IMG/VR virus record: IMGVR_UViG_3300030059_002417
Location: 1-40,827 of that record
Source of the DNA: a virus
Lineage: Duplodnaviria; Caudoviricetes
DNA: 40,827 bases
Strand: one strand, 5' to 3'
The notes under the pieces are model-generated. The model had not been told where the DNA came from, ran no database searches, and saw nothing but the letters and a program-made list of their open reading frames with translations. Position numbers and translations under genes: made by a program. This document shows positions 15,842-22,846 of this stretch, one piece after another (position 1 is the stretch's first letter; every line of letters starts with the position of its first letter).

Positions 15842-17037
15842 TGCTTAGACACGTTGATTTGTGTTCGGGGATCGGGGGCTTTGCTCTCGGTTTCCAATGG
15901 GCAGAGTTGTCCAAAACAATAATGTTTTGCGACACTGAGAAGTGGTGTCGTGAAATCCTAGCGAAGAATTTTCCAAACGTACCAATAACTAACGATGTAA
16001 AGGAGTTAGCAAATGACCCAGAGAGACTTGTTCCCGACCACGATATCCTCACAGCAGGATATCCATGTCAGCCGTTCTCAGTTGCGGGACGGCAAAAAGG
16101 CGAGAAAGATGACCGCCACATCTGGCCGTACATCTTTAGAATTATTGCATGCAAAAGACCCACTTGGTGCGTTTTCGAAAACGTTTATGGTCACGTTGCC
16201 TTGGGTCTCGACAAAGTGCTCGCTGACTTGGAAAGTGAAGGCTACTCCACAAGGACGTTTATTGTACCAGCTTGTGCCAAAGACGCACCCCATCGAAGAG
16301 ACCGACTCTGGATTATCGCCAGAGTTATGGCCGACTCCGAGAGTGGGGGGCGAGGAAGGAATGGAGACCTTGACGAAACGCAAGGGAGTTCGCAAAGCGA
16401 TGCAACACAATCTGACAGCTTCGGTGGAATATCATCAAGACCCGACATTGTGGCCGACACCACTTTCCTCGGATTACAAGAACATGGATACAGCAAATCA
16501 GGAAAGTTTGTCGAAGGCAGTCAAGATGTGGCCGACTCCGAGAGTGAGCGACACCGAGGGAGCAGTAGTGAAGAACGTGGAGATGAACAACGGATCGTTT
16601 TCTCGCACGAACAAGGACGGAGTTCGGTGGGGAGTGAAGTTGAAGGACGCAGTTCATCATGTGGAGAAGATGTGGCCGACTCCGACAGCGACGACGAACG
16701 GAGCAGGGAAAAATCCAGACAATCCGAGGGGGATACATCAAGGGAACGCACTGGCGACGGCAGTTTCGATGTGGCCGACTCCGACGACGAGGGATCACAA
16801 GGGGGGATACATCGGGGGGAGAATTCGGAACGGCAAAGTTTCGATGGACACTCTGGACGTAGCCGTTCAACACACCGACAACCAGAACAAGACTTCTGGG
16901 CAGTTGAACCCGACGTGGGTCGAGTGGCTCATGGGATACCCAGAAGGGTGGACAGACTTAAAGGATTAGGAAATGCAATCGTGCCACAAATTTCCATGCA
17001 GATTGGTCTGGCGATAAAAGAGGAGATTGAGAGGTAA
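15841..17037 (+). CDS. DNA (cytosine-5) methyltransferase, catalytic (alpha) polypeptide lacking a clear motif IX
   Basis: Motif I DLCSGIGG, IV GYPCQPFS, VI FENV, VIII PHRRDRLW, X LGNAIVPQ; middle is S/G/E/R-rich with VAD[S/T] repeats. Confidence 0.92.
   Translation: MLRHVDLCSGIGGFALGFQWAELSKTIMFCDTEKWCREILAKNFPNVPITNDVKELANDPERLVPDHDILTAGYPCQPFSVAGRQKGEKDDRHIWPYIFRIIACKRPTWCVFENVYGHVALGLDKVLADLESEGYSTRTFIVPACAKDAPHRRDRLWIIARVMADSESGGRGRNGDLDETQGSSQSDATQSDSFGGISSRPDIVADTTFLGLQEHGYSKSGKFVEGSQDVADSESERHRGSSSEERGDEQRIVFSHEQGRSSVGSEVEGRSSSCGEDVADSDSDDERSREKSRQSEGDTSRERTGDGSFDVADSDDEGSQGGIHRGENSERQSFDGHSGRSRSTHRQPEQDFWAVEPDVGRVAHGIPRRVDRLKGLGNAIVPQISMQIGLAIKEEIER
16013..16969 (+). CDS. Nested +1-frame MTase beta polypeptide with five WPTP modules and motif IX
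   Basis: AAGGAG at 16000-16005, 7 nt before ATG; 318 aa open inside the MTase gene; C-terminal GQLNPTWVEWLMGYPEGWT is motif IX-like. Confidence 0.8.
   Translation: MTQRDLFPTTISSQQDIHVSRSQLRDGKKARKMTATSGRTSLELLHAKDPLGAFSKTFMVTLPWVSTKCSLTWKVKATPQGRLLYQLVPKTHPIEETDSGLSPELWPTPRVGGEEGMETLTKRKGVRKAMQHNLTASVEYHQDPTLWPTPLSSDYKNMDTANQESLSKAVKMWPTPRVSDTEGAVVKNVEMNNGSFSRTNKDGVRWGVKLKDAVHHVEKMWPTPTATTNGAGKNPDNPRGIHQGNALATAVSMWPTPTTRDHKGGYIGGRIRNGKVSMDTLDVAVQHTDNQNKTSGQLNPTWVEWLMGYPEGWTDLKD
16325..16790 (+). repeat. Five dispersed direct repeats TGGCCGAC(T/A)CC bounding variable modules
   Basis: TGG starts at 16328, 16451, 16529, 16673 and 16772; GATGTGGCCGACTCCGA is identical in copies 3-5. Confidence 0.9.
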
Positions 17038-17585
17038 TGCCACTTAGGGATAAAGAAAAAATAAGGGAGCGACAGAGAAAATGGTATCAAGAAAATAAAG
17101 AAAAAATTAAAGAGCGACAGAAAAAATTGTACGAAGCAAACAAAGAAAAAATAAGGGAGCGAAATAAAAAATATAGGGAGGAAAACAAAGAAAAAATTAA
17201 AGAGCGAAAGAAAAAATATAAGGAGAAAAACAAAGAAAAATATAACGAGTATCACAAAAAATATAAAGAAGAAAACAAAGAAAAATATAACGAGTATCAC
17301 AAAAAATATAAAGAAGCAAACAAAGAAAAAGTAAGCGAGAGAGGTAAAAAATATAGAGAAGCAAACAAAGAAAAAATTAAAATGTTAGATAAAAAATATA
17401 GAGAGAAAAACAGAGAAAAAATATTAGAGCGACAGACGAAATCTAGAGAAAATTTGACGGATTATTATGTTAAACGTATTTTAATCGACAGAACTGATTT
17501 AACTCATAAAGATATACCTCAAGGATTGATTGAGGCAAAGAGAGAATTAATTAAAATCAAACGGTTTATAAGAGAGGAGACGTAA
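17037..17585 (+). CDS. K/E/R/Y-rich 15-aa repeat protein, paralog A
   Basis: Nine 45-bp units at 17052-17456 (KEKxxExxKKYxExN), then LTDYYVK...LTHKDIPQGLIE domain. Confidence 0.8.
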   Translation: MPLRDKEKIRERQRKWYQENKEKIKERQKKLYEANKEKIRERNKKYREENKEKIKERKKKYKEKNKEKYNEYHKKYKEENKEKYNEYHKKYKEANKEKVSERGKKYREANKEKIKMLDKKYREKNREKILERQTKSRENLTDYYVKRILIDRTDLTHKDIPQGLIEAKRELIKIKRFIREET

Positions 17586-18346
17586 TGCCTCATGCGTGTC
17601 CAATAATAAGGAAAGAATATAAAGAAGAAAACAGAGAAAGGATATCAGAATACCAGAAAAAATATTACCAAGATAACAAAGAGCGTATAGCCAAGCGTGA
17701 TAAAGAGTATCGGGAAAACAATAAAGGACGTAAGTGTTCAATAAGAGAGAAGGAGTATAATAAAAAATATCATCAAGAAAACAGAGAAAGGATATCAGAG
17801 CGACAGAGAAAATATAGAGAAGAAAACAGAGAAAAATATTTAAAGAGTCAAAGAGAATGGTACGAAGCAAACAAAGAAATAATATCAGAGCGTTGGAGAA
17901 CACGATACAAAGAAAAAGCAACAGAGCAAAGGAGAAAACATAGAGAAGAAAACAGAGAAATAATATTAGAGCGTGAGAGAAAATGGAGAAAAGATAATAA
18001 AGAAAAAGAAAGCGAGCGAAAGAAAAAATGGAGAAAAGAAAACAGAGAAAAACACTTAGCTCAACAAAAAAAATATAGAGAGGATAATAGAGAAAGAAAC
18101 AGTAAGTGGTCTAAAAAATATTACAAAGAAACATTAAAGGAGAAGTTGAATAAATGTAAAGAAGATCTGAGTGATAGTTATGTTAAAAGTCTTTTAACTG
18201 TCGATAGCAGTTTAACTCATAAAGACATACCTCAAGGATTGATTGAGGTTAAGAGAGAATTAATGAAAATCAAACGGTTTAAAAAAGGGAGAACCAGAAA
18301 TGAAAAATGTAGTAGAACTAAGAACCCAACTTGCAATCGCTTTTGA
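17585..18346 (+). CDS. K/E/R/Y-rich 15-aa repeat protein, paralog B
   Basis: About ten ExNRExxxxxxxKY-type units, then LSDSYVK...LTHKDIPQGLIE. Confidence 0.8.
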   Translation: MPHACPIIRKEYKEENRERISEYQKKYYQDNKERIAKRDKEYRENNKGRKCSIREKEYNKKYHQENRERISERQRKYREENREKYLKSQREWYEANKEIISERWRTRYKEKATEQRRKHREENREIILERERKWRKDNKEKESERKKKWRKENREKHLAQQKKYREDNRERNSKWSKKYYKETLKEKLNKCKEDLSDSYVKSLLTVDSSLTHKDIPQGLIEVKRELMKIKRFKKGRTRNEKCSRTKNPTCNRF

Positions 18347-18509
18347 AGGATTGTCCAATGGTGAACTAAACTCCAAGGACGCAAGCGAGATGGCAAACCT
18401 AGCAGGGAAAATGATTAATTCTGCCAAGGTGCAGCTTGAATACCATGCGTTGCGTAAGGACACCCCAAGCATAAAGTTTTTACACGTTGAAGAAGATGTA
18501 AAAGATTGA
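18300..18509 (+). CDS. Small helical phage protein
   Basis: GGGAG RBS; ANLAGKMINSAKVQLEY. Confidence 0.75.
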   Translation: MKNVVELRTQLAIAFEGLSNGELNSKDASEMANLAGKMINSAKVQLEYHALRKDTPSIKFLHVEEDVKD

Positions 18510-18691
18510 TTTGGAAAGCAATGGCACTGATGTGCATATTGGAGGGGGGAGAGAAATCTTGCCCCACCGTTTACTTTGAGGAGACTTTCGATAGTAAACA
18601 AGAATGTGAGGTCTGGCTTGTAAGAACTCGGTTCTATACATTGCCAAGTAACAAGAAAATAGTATTGGACGATTGTTACTTGAAACGTTAA
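18506..18691 (+). CDS. Small Cys-containing hypothetical protein
   Basis: TTG start overlapping the previous stop; four Cys. Confidence 0.5.
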   Translation: MIWKAMALMCILEGGEKSCPTVYFEETFDSKQECEVWLVRTRFYTLPSNKKIVLDDCYLKR

Positions 18692-18726
18692 GGTGTCTTA
18701 TTGTTAATTTATACAAGGATATGATA

Positions 18727-18888
18727 ATGGCGAGTAAGGAAACACGACAAGAGTTTCGAAATGTGGCTTTAATGCTTGATACTCATGGTCGTATAAAAGA
18801 AATTGCCGAAGCTGAACAACGAACAATAGCTCGGCAGCTAAAAATCATAATTGAACGAGAACACGCTAAGTATTTTAATGAGGAATAA
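18727..18888 (+). CDS. Ribbon-helix-helix-type transcriptional regulator
   Basis: FRNVALMLDTHGRIKEIAEAEQRTIARQLKIII fits the Arc/CopG RHH pattern. Confidence 0.6.
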   Translation: MASKETRQEFRNVALMLDTHGRIKEIAEAEQRTIARQLKIIIEREHAKYFNEE

Positions 18889-19012
18889 TTTTATAGTCCT
18901 CGGCATATTTCTCACGAACAAAATCAAACCAAGGATGGTTCTCCACATCGGAGACCGTCCAACGTTTGACGCTTTCGTTTCGAGTTGCCATGTTTTTGGA
19001 AAGCATATACAT

Positions 19013-19507
19013 TTAAACCCCCTTTTCGTATTGTATACATGTATCCATTGCATAAACGTACTTTGGGTTTTGTTCACAAATAATTTTATCTGGCCGTGAC
19101 AAGGGAGACTTTTTTTTCTTTTCGTAAAAAATATGTTTTCCAATTTGTTTTGATTCAACAAAATCCCCGATCCAATAAGGCGATACCGATTGACTGTGAT
19201 AGTGCATAACTTGATCCCCGACGACAGATATATATTCCCCGTCGTTAAGCATAAGTTTCGCCAAGGCTTTTGATTTTTGAAAAGCATGATGCTCTGTTGG
19301 TAAGTCCGACCGACCATCGCACCACCATGAAAACTGACACCCTTGACTGTTGTCTTGAAGTACAACCTCACAAATCGTATTTGGATAGTGTGGCGAGGAT
19401 ACTCTGTTAAGAGTAACCTCTGCTACAGCGAGTTGACCAGCTATAGACTCAGACCGAGATTCAAAGTACATGTTCAAAGAGAGGCAAAGCAACGCTGTCT
19501 CAATCAT
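19013..19507 (-). CDS. SleB-like cell wall hydrolase (Hydrolase_2)
   Basis: CLSLNMYFESRSE, VTLNRV, YPNTICEVV, QFSW, IGKHIFY. Confidence 0.9.
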   Translation of the reverse strand: MIETALLCLSLNMYFESRSESIAGQLAVAEVTLNRVSSPHYPNTICEVVLQDNSQGCQFSWWCDGRSDLPTEHHAFQKSKALAKLMLNDGEYISVVGDQVMHYHSQSVSPYWIGDFVESKQIGKHIFYEKKKKSPLSRPDKIICEQNPKYVYAMDTCIQYEKGV

Positions 19508-19679
19508 GTTTTTTTTCCTTTCTAAGTTTTTTGTTTATATCTTTGAGCCGTTTAGTTTGTTCCGCTCTTCTTCTTTTTTTCGCAACGTTAATTTTAGAGT
19601 TACTGACGCTTCCGCCGTACCGAGGTCGTAGTTCAATTTTCTTGAGTGCAAACTCTTCTGCTATAGTTTGTTTTGTCAT
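19500..19679 (-). CDS. Small basic protein (59 aa), not in ORF track
   Basis: MTKQTIAEEFALKK...KEKKHD; GAGGA RBS; fills the operon gap. Confidence 0.55.
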   Translation of the reverse strand: MTKQTIAEEFALKKIELRPRYGGSVSNSKINVAKKRRRAEQTKRLKDINKKLRKEKKHD

Positions 19680-19681
19680 TG

Positions 19682-19897
19682 TTAATCCTCATGTTTTTTT
19701 ATTGGAAACGGTATAACGTTATTCTCGTTATTAATTTCCTTTTTTTTAATGGTGCGAATAAAGCTCCGAGCAATGCCGATGCTTAATCCGGTGAGTTCTT
19801 GCAGTTTTCTAACAGCCTGTTCATTTGTTAGAAGACCTTTTTTATAGTCAACTAAGACATCAAGACTCTGAGCTATGTCTTTTTTATTTCTAGCCAT
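19682..19897 (-). CDS. Small hypothetical protein
   Basis: Overlaps the helicase 3' end; C-terminal NVIPFP. Confidence 0.65.
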   Translation of the reverse strand: MARNKKDIAQSLDVLVDYKKGLLTNEQAVRKLQELTGLSIGIARSFIRTIKKKEINNENNVIPFPIKKHED

Positions 19898-21336
19898 TCT
19901 CTTGCTTTTTCTCCTAAGACTTGAGCACTTATGTTAATCTTTCCCCGAAGAGCTTCAACGATTTTTTCATCGATGGTTTTCTCGCATATTAGATCAACAT
20001 AAGTAACTGGATTTAATTGACCAATTCTATGACACCGATCTTCTGATTGAGATCTTGTATCTAAATTAAAGTCGTTTGTGTAGTATACGACTGTACTGGC
20101 CTCGGTCAATGTCAGGCCACGACCTGCTGTTGCAGGATTCCCTACGAAGAACCGAAGGTCCGATGTCCGAGATTGGAAGTCTCGAATGACCTTTTGTCTT
20201 TCGTCATCTGTTGTATCTCCGAAGAAGGACGCTGCTGTTCTTTCCCCGAATGTTTTGTTTAATTGTTTGGTAATATTGATTATATCATATCGGAATCGGG
20301 ACCAGATAATTATCTTCCCCGAAGTTTCTCCACATATATCAAGGAGTGCGTCCAATCGTTGTGTTGGAAACTCTATGAGTTCGCCCTCATCGGTTTTTAA
20401 AAACCCCGAAAGAATCTGTTGCAGCCGAAGCATTTGAGTTATGACAGCTGGTGCTGTTACCAGTTCGCCGTTATCAAACATAATCATGGCTTGCTTTTGT
20501 ATTTTCTTATACATATCTGCCTGGTCCCTCGACATCTCTATACGTCGAGCGGTGAAGGTCTTTGCCGGTAGATCCAGGCAATCCTTTTTAAGAACCCGAT
20601 AGCTGAACTCGTCTAACTTATTGGTTAGCTCGTCAATGTACCGAAATCCAATGACCTTTTGAAACGATATCTTACCCATCTTAACACTATTTAAAATAGC
20701 GTATCGAGCCTGAAAAGCATAGAAGGAAGAGAACCCTAACATCTTTTCTCCGAGGAACTCACATTGAGAGTATAGATCCATAGGAGTGTTTGTAACTGGA
20801 GACCCCGTGAGGATTCTTTTGTACTTAAACAGTTTTGATATCTTAATAAGAGTCTTAGTGCGTTTTGCTTTGTGGTTTTTAATCGTTGTTGATTCGTCCA
20901 CAGCTATGAGTCCCTTGTTCCCGAACTTCTTTCCAAAGAACGCCCCGACATCTCGACCTTTGATTGAGGAGAACGCTTCGACGTTCATTACGAATATCTT
21001 CATTTTTCCAGTTGCTTTAATCATGCGATTGATTTCTTCTTTTCTCCCCGAAGACATAGGAGACTGCCAACTCGACATATACGTTGGTATGTCTTCCCAA
21101 AAATGAATCGGAATTTCCATCTCAACCCAATTTCGAAACACTCCCTTGGGAGCTATGATAATAGCAAAGTCTATTTGATCCTCAGTATAAAGTCGTGCAA
21201 TATCATCCAACAACACTTTTGATTTACCTGTACCCATTTCCATAAAGAACCCGTAAGCTGTTTTGCCCGTACAACGTTCTAAAGCAGTGATTTGATGCTT
21301 ATATGGTTTGGTTCGAAATTTGTAGTTGACTTTCAT
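19873..21336 (-). CDS. SNF2-family (SF2) helicase/ATPase
   Basis: PYKHQ, MEMGTGKS, VDES, LTGSP, GRGLTLT, QSEDRCHRIGQ. Confidence 0.93.
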   Translation of the reverse strand: MKVNYKFRTKPYKHQITALERCTGKTAYGFFMEMGTGKSKVLLDDIARLYTEDQIDFAIIIAPKGVFRNWVEMEIPIHFWEDIPTYMSSWQSPMSSGRKEEINRMIKATGKMKIFVMNVEAFSSIKGRDVGAFFGKKFGNKGLIAVDESTTIKNHKAKRTKTLIKISKLFKYKRILTGSPVTNTPMDLYSQCEFLGEKMLGFSSFYAFQARYAILNSVKMGKISFQKVIGFRYIDELTNKLDEFSYRVLKKDCLDLPAKTFTARRIEMSRDQADMYKKIQKQAMIMFDNGELVTAPAVITQMLRLQQILSGFLKTDEGELIEFPTQRLDALLDICGETSGKIIIWSRFRYDIINITKQLNKTFGERTAASFFGDTTDDERQKVIRDFQSRTSDLRFFVGNPATAGRGLTLTEASTVVYYTNDFNLDTRSQSEDRCHRIGQLNPVTYVDLICEKTIDEKIVEALRGKINISAQVLGEKAREWLEIKKT

Positions 21337-21355
21337 CTGTGTTCTCCCTTATGTT
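21326..21355 (+). promoter_or_regulatory. Possible sigma70-like promoter of the replication operon
   Basis: TTGACT-18bp-TATGTT, face-to-face with the minus-strand promoter. Confidence 0.45.
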
Positions 21356-21356
21356 A

Positions 21357-21385
21357 AATATACGGTAGTCATAAGATGCCGTCAA
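21357..21385 (-). promoter_or_regulatory. sigma70-like promoter of the SNF2 operon
   Basis: TTGACG-17bp-TATATT on the minus strand. Confidence 0.65.
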
Positions 21386-21418
21386 CTTTAATTTTAACCT
21401 GAAGAGGATGTACTTGTC

Positions 21419-22009
21419 ATGAAGACAGATATTTTTGATGAACAAATGTTTGTAGATCCCTCGACATTAAGTAGTGTCGATACGTCTACAACAAAACAGC
21501 TTTCGGTTTTAGTTTCTCAAGTCAACAAGGTAACTGAAGAGATTTCATCTACTGAGGAAAACTTGAAAAGACTGAAAGCAGAGAAGCAACGACTCGTCGT
21601 TGAAGTTATCCCTCAACTAATGGATGAAGGTTCTATAGTAGAGCTAAAGGTCAAAGATCCGATAACAGGAGAGCCTGTTGCAAAGATTGGATTGAGACCG
21701 TTTGTTTCTGCATCTATACCAAAAGACGAAGAAGGCAGAGAGAAAGCGTTTAGGTGGCTAAGAGACAATGATCTTGGTCACATAATCAAGAACGATCTCA
21801 CTCTAACATTTGGTTTGGGAGAAGACAATGTTGCAGGAACAGTGAAAGCTGATCTGGAAAACAAAGGCTTCGTTCCTGAGTTGAAGATGAACGTAAATCC
21901 AATGACACTGAAGAAAGAGTTAAGATTGCATACAGAAGCTGGAAAGGACATTCAGTCCATACCGTTCAACGCATATGTAGCTCGGACCGCAGTTATAACA
22001 GCAATTTAG
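21419..22009 (+). CDS. Replication-module hypothetical protein
   Basis: N-terminal coiled coil; AFRWLRDNDLGHIIKN; immediately before SSB. Confidence 0.8.
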   Translation: MKTDIFDEQMFVDPSTLSSVDTSTTKQLSVLVSQVNKVTEEISSTEENLKRLKAEKQRLVVEVIPQLMDEGSIVELKVKDPITGEPVAKIGLRPFVSASIPKDEEGREKAFRWLRDNDLGHIIKNDLTLTFGLGEDNVAGTVKADLENKGFVPELKMNVNPMTLKKELRLHTEAGKDIQSIPFNAYVARTAVITAI

Positions 22010-22024
22010 AGAAGGATAATTAAT

Positions 22025-22801
22025 ATGACGAATGATTTAGAAAAAGGTAAGTCAAACTTACCGGCGAACTTAATGGACGATATTTTTGCAACCGCAGGTC
22101 AGGGAGTTGATTACGAAACCTCTGAATTGCAAATTCCATTTGTTCGAGTAATACAAGCGTTATCTCCACAGATAAAAAAGAATGACCCAATGTTTATCAA
22201 AGGGGCATCGCAAGGAGATGCGTTTAACACTGTTACAGGTGACTACTGGGTAGGAGAAGAAGGGTTCGAAGTTGTGCCGTGTCTTCAACAAACCAAGTAC
22301 TTGGAGTTCATACCAAGAGATCAAAGCGGTGGGGGTTTTATAGGAGAACTCTCCGCAGATAGTCCAGAGGTTGCGAAGGCTGTAAGGACAGGGGGCAAAG
22401 AAATTCTTCCGAATGGAAACGAGTTGGTCAAGTCCGACCAGCATTATTGTTTGCTTTTGGGGAAGGACGGTATGTTTCAACCTGTAATCATCGATATGAA
22501 ATCGACACAGTTAAAAGTGTCTCGTCGATGGAAGACACAGATTGCTATGCAGAAGATTAAAGCTCCCGATGGGACGTTGAAAACTCCTGCACTTTTTGCA
22601 ACCGTATGGAAGTTTCATACGTTGGAAGAAAGCAATGACATGGGGAGTTGGTACAATTGGTCAATTGAAAAGGTCAAGACTGTCGATGACAAGTCTCTTT
22701 TTCTTGAGGCTATGAGTTTCCGTAAATCGATTGAAAAGGGCGAAACCAAAGCAGTTGCTGAAGCAGACACCGAAGCATCAAAGGATGACGTACCGTTTTA
22801 A
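22025..22801 (+). CDS. Putative single-stranded DNA-binding protein
   Basis: LQIPFVRVIQALSPQ, DMKSTQLKVSRRW, acidic tail DDVPF; position in the replication module. Confidence 0.7.
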   Translation: MTNDLEKGKSNLPANLMDDIFATAGQGVDYETSELQIPFVRVIQALSPQIKKNDPMFIKGASQGDAFNTVTGDYWVGEEGFEVVPCLQQTKYLEFIPRDQSGGGFIGELSADSPEVAKAVRTGGKEILPNGNELVKSDQHYCLLLGKDGMFQPVIIDMKSTQLKVSRRWKTQIAMQKIKAPDGTLKTPALFATVWKFHTLEESNDMGSWYNWSIEKVKTVDDKSLFLEAMSFRKSIEKGETKAVAEADTEASKDDVPF

Positions 22802-22808
22802 TTAACCA

Positions 22809-22834
22809 GGGGGAGTTTAACGCTCCCCCTTTTT
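22809..22834 (+). terminator. Rho-independent terminator
   Basis: GGGGGAG...CTCCCCC followed by TTTTT. Confidence 0.75.
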
Positions 22835-22846
22835 ATGGAGAAGTAT

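Noticed and set aside
16325-16790. CRISPR array
   Set aside because: Repeats are short, spacing is irregular (78-144 bp) and always in frame, both frames are coding, and there is no leader or cas gene
16325-16873. 182-aa antisense ORF spanning the module array
   Set aside because: R/C/P-rich shadow of a GC-rich dual-coding region; no convincing RBS or recognisable motif
15841-17037. MTase pseudogene or frameshift sequencing error
   Set aside because: Both frames are open over about 950 bp, each holds required motifs, the nested ORF has its own RBS, and a single chain would need two compensating shifts
16929-17921. Hydrophobic antisense ORFs (16929..17300, 17547..17921) resembling membrane proteins
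   Set aside because: F/L richness is simply the complement of A-rich Lys/Glu repeats
17498-18281. DGR template/variable repeat pair
   Set aside because: Mismatches (T/C, C/T, A/T, T/G) are not consistently adenine-specific, both copies are coding, and no reverse transcriptase is in the window
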